NCBI GenBank assembly: GCA_050873865.1 | Contig: JBNMJQ010000005.1 | Location: 14,625-78,624, forward strand | Reading direction: 5' to 3' | DNA length: 64,000 nt | From: Agathobacter sp. | GTDB taxonomy: Bacteria > Bacillota > Clostridia > Lachnospirales > Lachnospiraceae | Shown here: positions 21,718 through 30,885 of the stretch, piece by piece | How positions within the stretch are numbered: the stretch's first letter is position 1 | Layout: every line of letters begins with the position of its first letter | Notes under the pieces: generated by a model | What the model was told of the DNA's origin: nothing | The model's input: only the letters and a program-made list of their open reading frames with translations | The model's database searches: none | Made by a program: the position numbers and the translations under genes

Positions 21718-24700
21718 ATGATCAATAAGTATTACAACGGCGTAATTGAACAAGTGCATGCAAAGGTCGGGAAGCCGGATAAGAATATTGTTATTGTAAA
21801 TTACAACAATGATTTTTCTATCCGGGAACTCGAAACAGTAAAACGTTATTCAGAGGATCCGGATAACGTTTTCTTCATTTGGCATGAGTTTCCGTATGAT
21901 CATGTCACAGGAGCGTATGAACCGTTCCTGGATATTATCTGCGATATGTACCGAATGTACATAGGCGGGGACTTTTCGCAGTTTCTGGAGGAGTGCGGGG
22001 TGTACTATCTCCAGAGGCCGGTGCTTTTATCGTACTATAACACCGGAATATGTGTCCGCGAGGAGAATGTGCTGTTAAATGAGGTAGAGTATGAGCAAAG
22101 CCAGATGACAGAGGCACTTGTCACAATGTTAAAAAAGGTGGCGGATGTCCATCCGGTCATGATGGTGTTAAACAGGTTTCATCTGGCCGCATTAAGCAGC
22201 ATGAAGGTTGTACAGGCCCTGCTTTATGCACCATCTGACAATATCGGCATTGTCCTCGGCATCAATGAAACTAAGTTTGATGAGGATGAGACAGCAGAGG
22301 TATGGGGAGACATCATCGAAAAGGTGGAGGACAGCAGTCTACTTTATCACATCGGAAGTACCGGACAGAGACGTGTACAGTTCGGTTCTGAGGAGACAGA
22401 ACTGATTGACTTTGATAAGAGCCTGGTCGCACTTGGCAACAACATCGAACTGTTAGATCTTGCACAGGCCAAACGGTTCTGTTCAAAGATAGAGCATGGT
22501 ATCAAGTTCGAGGAGTATGCAATTCCTCAGGAAATCAAGCTAGACATATACTTAAAGTATGCCCGTGTATCCATTCTGCTTGGGCAGATGGCAAAGGCAC
22601 TCGAGATTGTGGAGGACATTCTAAAGCTTGATGTTCCTTCAAAGACACATGCTATAAATTATGAGAGTGCATATCTGATCGCAACCTGCTATATGTATCA
22701 GGGAAAGCTTGACAATGCAGCCTCATATGCACAGATGGCAAAGGACGAGGCAGCGGAGAACGGAACGGAGGAAGAAGTATTCCGTGCAGAATTGCTTTCC
22801 GTATTGGCACAGATGTCGGGATGGTACAATATCTTTTTCTGCGTGCAGGATATTCCGATCAGTGAAACCTTCATCGAGAAGATGATGAAGTACAATTACA
22901 AGAACCATCTGGCGCACATGTATATCTATGCATATGATAACCGCCCGGAGGTGGTGGCAAAGGCATACCGCTCCGAAGCTGCCCTGTTTTATTTCAGCAA
23001 GGGAGTCGCCCTTGCAAAGGAAATCGGCAATGTACAATTGGTATATGCGGCATATCAGAAGAACATCATGATCGCATCCACCAACGGAATGAACGAGATC
23101 GCATTGCTGTATTCACTGCGCACCTATCAGTTTATGCGACAGAAACGTACGATTTTTGATGGCAGAATCCTGTGCGGAATCGGTTACAATCTGAGCGCAC
23201 TTGGGTATAACGAGGAGGCGGAGATCTACTATAACCGCGCGATAGAGGTATTCTATAAGCTGCGTCTTCCACAGGATATTGCGGAGGTATACTATAACCG
23301 CGCGTTGAACAATATTATGTTAGACAGGTATGCCGAGGCAGAAAAGGATCTTCAGCTTTCTATGAAGGTTATCGAGAAGCTGCACTTAAATAGTTTAAGA
23401 GTGTGCAACCTTTCCAAGCTATATGCACTGCTGGCGCTCTCCTGCATTTTGCAGATGGATCAGTTCAACTGTGAACGCTATCTCTTTTCCTGCCGGCAGT
23501 TTCTGAATTACATCATCGCAAGAGAAAAGGAAAACGAAAATTCCGAAATCATACATGACTATGCAAAATGCGATGACGATATGTTCCTGTACACGTTTTC
23601 ACAGGCGCTGCTTAATTACATGTCAGGGGACAATGATGCTGCGTTTGAGAATTATGAGAAGGCGGAGGAATACCTGAAAAAAGCAGAGGGTAACCAGTTC
23701 TTTATTTACCGTATCTACCGCAAGAAAAAGATGGCCCTGCTGGAACAGATGGGGCGCACGGAGCTTTATGAGAAGGAACGGGCCTCCCTGCAGCAGTACG
23801 AAGAAATGAATAAGCAGATGCGCACCAGCTTTTCTCTGGATATGCTTGGTGAGATACAGATGGAGGATCGTGGCCCATGCCGGATTCCGGAAGAAGAGGT
23901 GGAAACCCTTATCAAACAGGAAGGGCTGGCAAACGATTACCAGAACAACAAGCGTCAGATGGAGTTTATCTCCGCGTGGCAGAAGCTGATCGATGTGGCA
24001 GATATGGACATCAATGGCATGGTTGACAATGCAATCCATACCTTCATCAACCATTTCAGCACGGACCGCGTGCTGTATATCTGGTATGAGGGTGGTAAGC
24101 CGCGCGTGCTCTATAACGATACGAAGGTCGAGATGACGGAGGAGACAATCGCCGGAATCGAACGTGGAATGCGCGAATTTCCGCAGGGCTTTGCGGTATC
24201 CAAGATCAGCGACAGCTTCTTTGAACACCAGGATGTGATCTCGTACTTTGATGCGAATGATGTATGCTCATTTGTCGCTGTTCCATTTTATAAGAACAGG
24301 GAAATGTGCAGTCTTCTGATCGCTTATGTGCGTATGAAGGAAAACTGGCATTCTTCTATAGAGAAGTACATGCTCGGCGATGACGATCTGAATCTTTATC
24401 AGCTTTTGTTCCGTGAGCTTAATTATTCCATCAACCGCATGGAGGCGAATCAGAAAGTGCGCGAGATGAACCGCAAACTGCAGCTTGCTGCGGTCACGGA
24501 TATGCTTACCGGTATCTATAACCGGGCAGGAATGTACGAGCAGATCCACAATTTCGCACAGTCCGGGGCGCAGGGAACCGGCCTTATGTTTATTGACCTG
24601 GATAACTTTAAGCATTATAACGATACCTATGGCCATGACATCGGGGATCTCATTCTTAAGGGAATGGCAAAGATCTTTACGGAGGTATCTAAGGACCAGG

Positions 24701-25011
24701 GATTTGTCTGCCGCTATGGCGGGGACGAGTTTATCATTTTCCTCGGCACAGATGATCCGCATGAACTGGAATATATCGCGAAGGAAATCTACAAGAAGAT
24801 AGATGCAACGGAAGGATTTAAGGAGCAGATTGAATCTTATCTGGGTCATCCGATCACGGTGGATGAGCGGAGAAAGATCACGTGTTCCATCGGTATTGCC
24901 GCTGCACCGGATGTACATTCCGAGGAAGAAATCAACAGTCTTATCAAGCAGGCAGACGATCTGCTGTACTCGGTAAAGACTGCAGAAAAAGGACATTATG
25001 CATTTTTATGA
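21718..25011 (+). CDS. Large TPR-containing diguanylate cyclase
   Basis: C-terminal TDMLTGIYNR, DLDNFKHYNDTYGH, RYGGDEF. Central TPR-like helical repeats. Confidence 0.88.
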   Translation: MINKYYNGVIEQVHAKVGKPDKNIVIVNYNNDFSIRELETVKRYSEDPDNVFFIWHEFPYDHVTGAYEPFLDIICDMYRMYIGGDFSQFLEECGVYYLQRPVLLSYYNTGICVREENVLLNEVEYEQSQMTEALVTMLKKVADVHPVMMVLNRFHLAALSSMKVVQALLYAPSDNIGIVLGINETKFDEDETAEVWGDIIEKVEDSSLLYHIGSTGQRRVQFGSEETELIDFDKSLVALGNNIELLDLAQAKRFCSKIEHGIKFEEYAIPQEIKLDIYLKYARVSILLGQMAKALEIVEDILKLDVPSKTHAINYESAYLIATCYMYQGKLDNAASYAQMAKDEAAENGTEEEVFRAELLSVLAQMSGWYNIFFCVQDIPISETFIEKMMKYNYKNHLAHMYIYAYDNRPEVVAKAYRSEAALFYFSKGVALAKEIGNVQLVYAAYQKNIMIASTNGMNEIALLYSLRTYQFMRQKRTIFDGRILCGIGYNLSALGYNEEAEIYYNRAIEVFYKLRLPQDIAEVYYNRALNNIMLDRYAEAEKDLQLSMKVIEKLHLNSLRVCNLSKLYALLALSCILQMDQFNCERYLFSCRQFLNYIIAREKENENSEIIHDYAKCDDDMFLYTFSQALLNYMSGDNDAAFENYEKAEEYLKKAEGNQFFIYRIYRKKKMALLEQMGRTELYEKERASLQQYEEMNKQMRTSFSLDMLGEIQMEDRGPCRIPEEEVETLIKQEGLANDYQNNKRQMEFISAWQKLIDVADMDINGMVDNAIHTFINHFSTDRVLYIWYEGGKPRVLYNDTKVEMTEETIAGIERGMREFPQGFAVSKISDSFFEHQDVISYFDANDVCSFVAVPFYKNREMCSLLIAYVRMKENWHSSIEKYMLGDDDLNLYQLLFRELNYSINRMEANQKVREMNRKLQLAAVTDMLTGIYNRAGMYEQIHNFAQSGAQGTGLMFIDLDNFKHYNDTYGHDIGDLILKGMAKIFTEVSKDQGFVCRYGGDEFIIFLGTDDPHELEYIAKEIYKKIDATEGFKEQIESYLGHPITVDERRKITCSIGIAAAPDVHSEEEINSLIKQADDLLYSVKTAEKGHYAFL

Positions 25012-26348
25012 GAATTAATTTGCCATTACATGTACAACAGATCATTCATACGCTGGAGGAACATGGCTATGAGGCATACGCGGTGGGAGGCTGTGTGCGC
25101 GACAGCCTGCTCGGACGGACGCCGCAGGATTGGGACATTACGACCTCTGCAAAACCGGAGCAGGTAAAGGCACTTTTTATGCACACGATCGACACCGGGA
25201 TAGAACATGGCACTGTTACCATTATGATGGAGCGAACCGGATATGAAGTTACTACTTACCGCATTGACGGAGAGTATGAGGACGCCAGACATCCGAAGGA
25301 AGTTACATTTACGGCTGACCTGTATGAGGATCTGCGGCGCAGGGATTTTACGATCAATGCGATGGCTTACAACGAAACACATGGGCTTGTGGATGCTTTC
25401 GATGGGATAAAAGATCTTAACGAAGGCTGCATCCGGTGTGTGGGCGACCCAAGGGAACGTTTTACGGAGGATGCGCTTCGTATGCTCCGGGCAGTGCGTT
25501 TTGCAGCGCAGCTTGGCTTTGCTGTGGAGGATAACACAAAACAGGCAATCCGGGAGCTTGCCGGAACAATCGAAAAGGTCAGTGCAGAGCGGATACAGAT
25601 GGAGCTTGGCAAGCTGCTGGTATCTGCGCATCCGCAGGAGATACGCATGGCATATGAGCTGGGACTTACCAAAGTATTTCTGCCGGAGTTTGATGTGATG
25701 ATGCAGACCGAACAGCACAGCCGCCACCATATGTACACAGTAGGGGAGCATACGATCCACGCGCTGATGAACATCCGCGCAGACAAGGTTTTGCGCTTGT
25801 CAATGCTGTTACATGACGTTGCAAAACCGGCATGCGAGACAGTAGATGCCGAGGGAAACGCACATTACAAAGGACACCCGCAGGTGGGAGCTAAGATGGC
25901 GGAGGAAATCCTGCACCGGCTCAAATATGACAACGCAACGATTGATCAGGTATGCCGGATGATCCGTTACCATGATGACCGTCCACAGCTGTCAGAACGG
26001 ACAGTAAGAAGAGCAATGAACCGGATTGGAACGGAAAATCTTCCGCTGCTGTTTGAAATCAAACGTGCAGATATTCTGGCACAGAGCTTATACGAACGGG
26101 AAGAGAAGCTGGCGTATGTGGACACGTATGAAGCTCTCTATAAGCAGATCCTAAGTCAGGGTGACTGCGTGACCAAAAAGGAGCTTGCTGTAAACGGAAA
26201 AGATCTGATTGCTATGGGAATGAAGCCTGGCCCGCAGATAGGCGCTGTCATTGATGAACTGCTTGAGATCGTGATGGATGATCCCGCGCAGAATACAAAA
26301 GAAAACTTATTGGTACTTGCACATAAAATCAGGACCCCTTTCATATGA
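25008..26348 (+). CDS. cca: CCA-adding tRNA nucleotidyltransferase (with HD domain)
   Basis: VGGCVRDSLLG..PQDWDIT, DLRRRDFTINAMA, EDALRMLRAVRF, LHDVAKP. Confidence 0.93.
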   Translation: MRINLPLHVQQIIHTLEEHGYEAYAVGGCVRDSLLGRTPQDWDITTSAKPEQVKALFMHTIDTGIEHGTVTIMMERTGYEVTTYRIDGEYEDARHPKEVTFTADLYEDLRRRDFTINAMAYNETHGLVDAFDGIKDLNEGCIRCVGDPRERFTEDALRMLRAVRFAAQLGFAVEDNTKQAIRELAGTIEKVSAERIQMELGKLLVSAHPQEIRMAYELGLTKVFLPEFDVMMQTEQHSRHHMYTVGEHTIHALMNIRADKVLRLSMLLHDVAKPACETVDAEGNAHYKGHPQVGAKMAEEILHRLKYDNATIDQVCRMIRYHDDRPQLSERTVRRAMNRIGTENLPLLFEIKRADILAQSLYEREEKLAYVDTYEALYKQILSQGDCVTKKELAVNGKDLIAMGMKPGPQIGAVIDELLEIVMDDPAQNTKENLLVLAHKIRTPFI

Positions 26349-26349
26349 T
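26323..26349 (+). promoter_or_regulatory. Putative mother-cell (sigma-E/sigma-K type) promoter of the cotS-like gene
   Basis: ATA-N16-CATATGAT inside the last codons of cca. Confidence 0.55.
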
Positions 26350-26383
26350 AAACAGACATGAGGTTTCATATGGAGGGGGTTAT

Positions 26384-27361
26384 TTGTATAGTCAGCCGGA
26401 AACAATTTTGGAACAATACGAACTTACAGTAAATGGAATTACAAAAGGCCGGGGCATTTATATATGTGATACGAGTCTTGGAATGAAGGCTTTGACAGCA
26501 TTTCGGGGCTCCATGGAACGGGCATGGATGCTGGATAAAGTGCTTATATATTTAAAAGAGCAGAAAATTGCAGCAGAACAGCTTTGCAGGACAAAGGAGG
26601 GAGAGATACTTGCAAAGGATGATGCCGGAGGAAAATTTTTGCTGAAAGACCTGGTCTTGGGGAATGAGTGCAATCCCAAGAACATGCCGGATATGGTATG
26701 CGCGGTTCAGGCGCTGGCACGGCTTCATAGATGTCTGGAGCAATGTCCGGTAGAGATTCCCGAGCTGGCGGATAGCGATAAAGGCTCGCTCCGGTTTTTA
26801 TACGAGAAGCATTATCACGAATTGGTCAAGGTAAAGAATTTTGTTAAGAGCCGAAAGAAAAAGAATGAGTTTGAAATGAAGTTCCAGAAAAATTATCCGC
26901 ATTTTATGGAACAGGCAGAAAAGTCGGTTACGATGCTGGCTGCCTGTGAGACTAAGTGGAAGCAGCGTGGATTGTGCCATGGTGACTTCAATCAGCACAA
27001 CGTGGTCTGCACGCAGAGTGGCTGGCAGATCGTCAATTTCGAGAATATGAACGTGAGCTTTCCGATGGCAGATCTGTGCAATTTCCTGCGCAAGATGATG
27101 GAGAAAAATGATTGGAACTTTGCGTTGGGGCAGCGGCTTCTTGAGGCATACGATGACGTAGATCCGTTGGATGCCAATGCGTATCGCCAACTGTATGTGC
27201 TCTTGCTGTTTCCGGAGAAATTCTGGAAATTGTCCAATCACTATTTTAATTCCCACAAGGCATGGCTGTCAGAAAGAGATATTGAAAAACTTGACCGGAT
27301 GATGGAACAGGAACAGGCAAGAGAGCTCTTTTTGGAAAATCTGTTTTCAATTATCAGTTAA
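26384..27361 (+). CDS. CotS-family spore coat kinase-like protein
   Basis: LARLH, GLCHGDFNQHN, LLFPEKFWK typical of CotS/YutH. TTG start after GGAGGGG. Confidence 0.82.
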   Translation: MYSQPETILEQYELTVNGITKGRGIYICDTSLGMKALTAFRGSMERAWMLDKVLIYLKEQKIAAEQLCRTKEGEILAKDDAGGKFLLKDLVLGNECNPKNMPDMVCAVQALARLHRCLEQCPVEIPELADSDKGSLRFLYEKHYHELVKVKNFVKSRKKKNEFEMKFQKNYPHFMEQAEKSVTMLAACETKWKQRGLCHGDFNQHNVVCTQSGWQIVNFENMNVSFPMADLCNFLRKMMEKNDWNFALGQRLLEAYDDVDPLDANAYRQLYVLLLFPEKFWKLSNHYFNSHKAWLSERDIEKLDRMMEQEQARELFLENLFSIIS

Positions 27362-27378
27362 TCATGTATACTTAGGCT

Positions 27379-28578
27379 ATGAAGCATACAATCCGAAAAA
27401 TACTTTTAATTACATATCTGATGATGGTGCTTATACTGTCAGGCGGATGCTCTTTGTCCGGAAAGAGAGATATTCCGGTAAATGCGGGCAATGTACCGGC
27501 CACAGCAGATGAGGAAAGCGGACAGGTGACAGAAGCACAGGAAAACAGGGAATTATATCTGATCACTGCAATCAATTCCTCGGAGGAGACGATACAGCTT
27601 TACCGGTATCACAATGGCAAAGAATACCGGTTTTCCTATGCGGTTGATACTGTATTCCGGGATAAATACGGCAAAAGATCCACGGTTTCCCAGTTCTATC
27701 CGGGCAAGGCAGTCACGATCGGGGATGCGGATGTCCATGGTAAGCTGTCTGAGGTCTCTGCGGCAGATGATGTGTGGATCTATGATGATATTGTCAGGTT
27801 CTCCGTTGATGAGAGCAAGGGAATCCTGCGGATAGCCGATACAAATTATAGGATAACCGCTGATACCAGAGTGTTTTCTGATGACAGCGAGGTGTCATTT
27901 TCTTCTATTTCGACAAATGATAAGCTATCTGTGACCGGGCAGGACAAAAATATCCTTTCCGTATGTATTACAACCGGACACGGAACCTTAAAGCTTACCA
28001 ATACAGAATTGTTTGAAGGCAGTTTCCTGCAGCTTAACACAAATATTTTTGCGGAAATCACTCCGGAGATGGAACTTGAACTTCCGGAGGGCGAATATAT
28101 GCTTACTGTCGCAAACAATGGCTGGGGTGGAAGCTGCAATGTAGAAGTTGTGCGTGGCGAGACAACGGAGCTGGACTTAGATACCATCAAGGGAGAGGGA
28201 CCGAAATACGGAAGCATTCAGTTTGTGTTTGACGTAGAAGGCGCAATCCTTGAAGTGGACGGAGAGAAAGCCGACTACAGCGAACCGATAGAACTTCAGT
28301 ATGGAAAGCACAGTCTGAGGGCACTTTGCAATGGATATGATGAGGTCAAAAAGTACCTTTTTGTCAATTCCGATGAGGCTACGATCATGATCGCACTAAA
28401 ACAGGAGGAGAGCACGGAAACGGAAACCGCAAGCGAATCAGAAGCGGCAGACGGAACACAGACAGAAACAGAGACACAATCCGACACACAGACGGAAACG
28501 GATAGTGATAATATCTCCGAAGCGGATATCTTAAAAGATTATTTGTCAACATTAACAGAATTGATCAACGGCTTATGA
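27379..28578 (+). CDS. Lipoprotein with PEGA-like beta-sandwich domains
   Basis: Lipobox LSGGC, repeats such as ELPEGEYMLTV and ELQYGKHSL, acidic tail. Confidence 0.6.
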   Translation: MKHTIRKILLITYLMMVLILSGGCSLSGKRDIPVNAGNVPATADEESGQVTEAQENRELYLITAINSSEETIQLYRYHNGKEYRFSYAVDTVFRDKYGKRSTVSQFYPGKAVTIGDADVHGKLSEVSAADDVWIYDDIVRFSVDESKGILRIADTNYRITADTRVFSDDSEVSFSSISTNDKLSVTGQDKNILSVCITTGHGTLKLTNTELFEGSFLQLNTNIFAEITPEMELELPEGEYMLTVANNGWGGSCNVEVVRGETTELDLDTIKGEGPKYGSIQFVFDVEGAILEVDGEKADYSEPIELQYGKHSLRALCNGYDEVKKYLFVNSDEATIMIALKQEESTETETASESEAADGTQTETETQSDTQTETDSDNISEADILKDYLSTLTELINGL

Positions 28579-28707
28579 CGAATATGCTGAAATTAGCGTT
28601 TTTCCTTGACAAATGTGGAAAAAACAAGTATATATAATGATGTAAATAATTTGGGACGTGACTCGAATTATTATGAATATAAGAATCCAGAGGAGGAACT
28701 TTTTATC

Positions 28708-28980
28708 ATGAACAAAGCAGAATTAGTTGCTGCAATTGCAGAGAAGGCTGAACTTTCTAAGAAGGACGCTGAAGCATCTGTAAAGGCATTTACTGAAGTA
28801 ATCGCTGAAGAATTAAAGAAGGGCGAGAAGGTTACATTAGTTGGATTTGGTACATTTGAAGTATCTGAGAGAGCAGCTAGAACCGGACGTAACCCACAGA
28901 CTGGTGCAGAGATGACTATCCCGGCTTCTAAGGCACCTAAGTTTAAGGCTGGTAAGGCTTTAAAGGATTCCATCAACTAA
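28708..28980 (+). CDS. hup: HU family DNA-binding protein
   Basis: [20 protein letters not shown]...[27 protein letters not shown] at 28606 upstream. Confidence 0.98.
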   Translation: MNKAELVAAIAEKAELSKKDAEASVKAFTEVIAEELKKGEKVTLVGFGTFEVSERAARTGRNPQTGAEMTIPASKAPKFKAGKALKDSIN

Positions 28981-29004
28981 TTTGATTGATATTTGAAGAA
29001 TCAG

Positions 29005-29034
29005 AAGGACTTGTCCAATCGGCAGGTCCTTTTT
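29005..29034 (+). terminator. hup terminator
   Basis: AAGGACTTGTC-CAATC-GGCAGGTCCTT followed by a T run. Confidence 0.75.
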
Positions 29035-29058
29035 CTTTATTGGAAAGCGGTAGACGGT

Positions 29059-29385
29059 TGTGAAGCACGTTCACATCCGAACCGATAAGCTATCCGCTTT
29101 ACCCCCTCCCCCCTTTAGGAAAAAGTACCGCTGTTAATTGTGAAATTCTAATCCAACCGCTCCGGCGGTTTATTTATGAGTTCTGTCTTCTATAGGTTTG
29201 AACACTCCCGCCCGTCTATCCGTGAACAGCCGTGTGTGGAGTGTCAAAGCCAATATAAGACATAACCCTATCACCGCCGAAGTAGTTGAAAGAATTTCTA
29301 CAATTTTTGCGGAATTGCTTTTTTCTAAAGGGTGGGGAGGGGAAAAACGGATTGCATGTCAACTAGGCTGCTGCGGTGGCTCACA
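29059..29385. repeat. Long imperfect palindromic (rod-folding) intergenic element, copy A
   Basis: Core arms 29092-29218 and about 29226-29352 are imperfect reverse complements. Shares 20-25 nt identical blocks with the reverse complement of 36862-37473. Confidence 0.85.
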
Positions 29386-29430
29386 TGAGCCAGGTTTTTG
29401 CTATAAATTACGAGGGGAGTATGAGTGTGT

Positions 29431-29673
29431 ATGAGACTTGATAAGTTTTTAAAAGTATCCCGTCTGATCAAACGAAGAACTGTTGCGAATGAAGCGTGCG
29501 ATGCAGGCCGCGTTATGATAAACGGCAAGCCGGCAAAAGCATCCACCAATGTAAAGGTGGGGGATGAAATAGAGATACTTTTCGGTCAGAAATCTGTTAA
29601 GGTGCGTGTGCTTAATATTGCAGACACGACCAAAAAGGAAGAGGCGAAGGATTTATTTGAATATATTTCCTGA
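29431..29673 (+). CDS. yabO: S4-domain RNA-binding protein (YabO/RqcP)
   Basis: MRLDKFLKVSRLIKRRTVANEAC. Confidence 0.94.
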   Translation: MRLDKFLKVSRLIKRRTVANEACDAGRVMINGKPAKASTNVKVGDEIEILFGQKSVKVRVLNIADTTKKEEAKDLFEYIS

Positions 29674-29692
29674 TGTTGTCCTCGAAAATGGA

Positions 29693-29719
29693 ATAATGAA
29701 GTGGACCTCCTAATATATT
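29693..29719 (+). promoter_or_regulatory. Putative sigma-E promoter of yabPQ
   Basis: (GA)ATA-N16-AATATATT. yabPQ is sigma-E dependent in Bacillus subtilis. Confidence 0.55.
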
Positions 29720-29742
29720 TGTTATATAGGAGGTCTTATTTT

Positions 29743-30027
29743 ATGGAAGAAAATACCAGACAGGGGTCGCATAAAGCACTCCTGACAAATCGCAAGAATG
29801 GAAGCTTCACAGGAATTCTGGATGTCTTATCCTTTGATGTATCAGAGATTCTTTTAGAGACAGAAATGGGGATGCTTGTCGTAAAGGGGAAAGACCTTCA
29901 TGTAAACCGGCTCAATCTGGAAAAGGGAGAGGTGGATATGGAAGGATTGATCATATCATTGGAATATTCGGACGTACCGAAGCCCGGGGAGAAGGCGGCA
30001 GGCGTCTTTGGAAGGCTCTTTAAGTAA
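29743..30027 (+). CDS. yabP: Sporulation protein YabP
   Basis: TGILDVLSFD..ILLETEMGMLVVKGKDLHV; conserved synteny. Confidence 0.92.
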   Translation: MEENTRQGSHKALLTNRKNGSFTGILDVLSFDVSEILLETEMGMLVVKGKDLHVNRLNLEKGEVDMEGLIISLEYSDVPKPGEKAAGVFGRLFK

Positions 30028-30407
30028 TGGGAGTCAGTGAGGGAATCTTCGAGGAACTTGTCATATTGGCAAAGGCATTGGGACTCGGCGCGGGAATGGC
30101 AGGCGTGTATGACCTGATCCGAATTGCAAGAAGGATTATTCCTCGCGGTATTGTGTGGGTGTCTCTGGAAGATTTTTGGTATTGGGTGGTGGCATGCGCT
30201 GTTACTTTTCTCTTTTTTTATCAGGAAAATTCTGGAGGAATCCGTGGATACATCCTTGGAGGAATTGCGGCAGGAGCCTTGATCTATCACGCTTTGCTCG
30301 GGAGGTGGCTGGTCAGGGGAGCTGCATATCTGGTGAAGTGGAGCAAAAAACAATTGAAAAACCTTAAGAAAGCGGTTACAATCATGATAGAAAAACGCTT
30401 TAAGTGA
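30027..30407 (+). CDS. yabQ: Spore cortex protein YabQ
   Basis: YDLIRIARR...EDFWYW...NSGGIRGY; membrane protein following yabP. Confidence 0.88.
   Translation: MGVSEGIFEELVILAKALGLGAGMAGVYDLIRIARRIIPRGIVWVSLEDFWYWVVACAVTFLFFYQENSGGIRGYILGGIAAGALIYHALLGRWLVRGAAYLVKWSKKQLKNLKKAVTIMIEKRFK
30354..30382 (+). promoter_or_regulatory. sigma-A promoter for divIC inside the 3' end of yabQ
   Basis: TTGAAA-N17-TACAAT. Confidence 0.6.
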
Positions 30408-30416
30408 GGTGATTTC

Positions 30417-30716
30417 ATGGCCGGAAGAAAAAAGAAAAGAACGAATGCCGGAACCGTAAGCATTGGCGTGTTTGTGCTATTGTTTCTGGTGGTTATGGCA
30501 GTCCAGATATATCGTGTTAAGCAGAAGAACGATACCTATACCGAGCGGATGAACGAACTGCAGGCACAGTACGAGGGAGAGACAGAGCGCGCAAGCGAGA
30601 TCGATGACCTTGAAGAGTACATGAAGTCCGATGATTATATCGAGGATACGGCAAAGAGTAAGCTTGGACTTGCATACGATAACCAGATCATATTTAAAGA
30701 AACGGACGGAGATTAG
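30417..30716 (+). CDS. divIC: Septum formation initiator (DivIC/FtsB family)
   Basis: Basic N-terminus, one TM, coiled coil, YIEDTAKSKLGL; synteny. Confidence 0.85.
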   Translation: MAGRKKKRTNAGTVSIGVFVLLFLVVMAVQIYRVKQKNDTYTERMNELQAQYEGETERASEIDDLEEYMKSDDYIEDTAKSKLGLAYDNQIIFKETDGD

Positions 30717-30741
30717 AGGGAAGCCTTTAATCTCCGTTTTT
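30706..30741 (+). terminator. divIC terminator
   Basis: ACGGAGATTAGAGG/CCTTTAATCTCCGT followed by TTTT. Confidence 0.7.
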
Positions 30742-30773
30742 ATGTCCTTCAAATCGCACGTCAAGAGAGAGAT

Positions 30774-30838
30774 TGGCGAAAACTTTTTTTGGGGCAGACG
30801 TTGTTTTGACAAACATTTCTGAAAAGGCCTCGTATAAT
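30774..30838 (+). promoter_or_regulatory. Spo0A-dependent spoIIE promoter
   Basis: Perfect 0A box TGGCGAA (TGNCGAA) at 30774. TTGACA-N21-TATAAT, the over-long spacing known for B. subtilis spoIIE, with TTTGACA doubling as a reverse 0A-like box. Confidence 0.7.
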
Positions 30839-30885
30839 CGAGACACTTGCCGTTTGACGGCGGAATATCGATGTGGAGGCGAACT

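Noticed and set aside
29292-29301. GAATTTCTAC in the rod elements resembles the Cas12a repeat handle (AATTTCTAC)
   Set aside because: No short GTAGAT-closing stem, no repeat-spacer array and no cas genes in the window.
29092-29352. 6S RNA as the identity of rod copy A
   Set aside because: No large central bubble is evident, it is longer than the usual 180-200 nt, and its homologue is about 600 nt. Not formally excluded without an Rfam search.
29198-29434. ORFs 29198..29434(+) and 36874..37164(-) share the peptide WSVKAN.RHN.IT...VERISTIF.ELL, suggesting a small protein family
   Set aside because: Differences between the copies are mostly non-synonymous first- or second-position changes that instead preserve base pairing. 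Starts and stops differ and there is no SD. The similarity is a by-product of the non-coding repeat.
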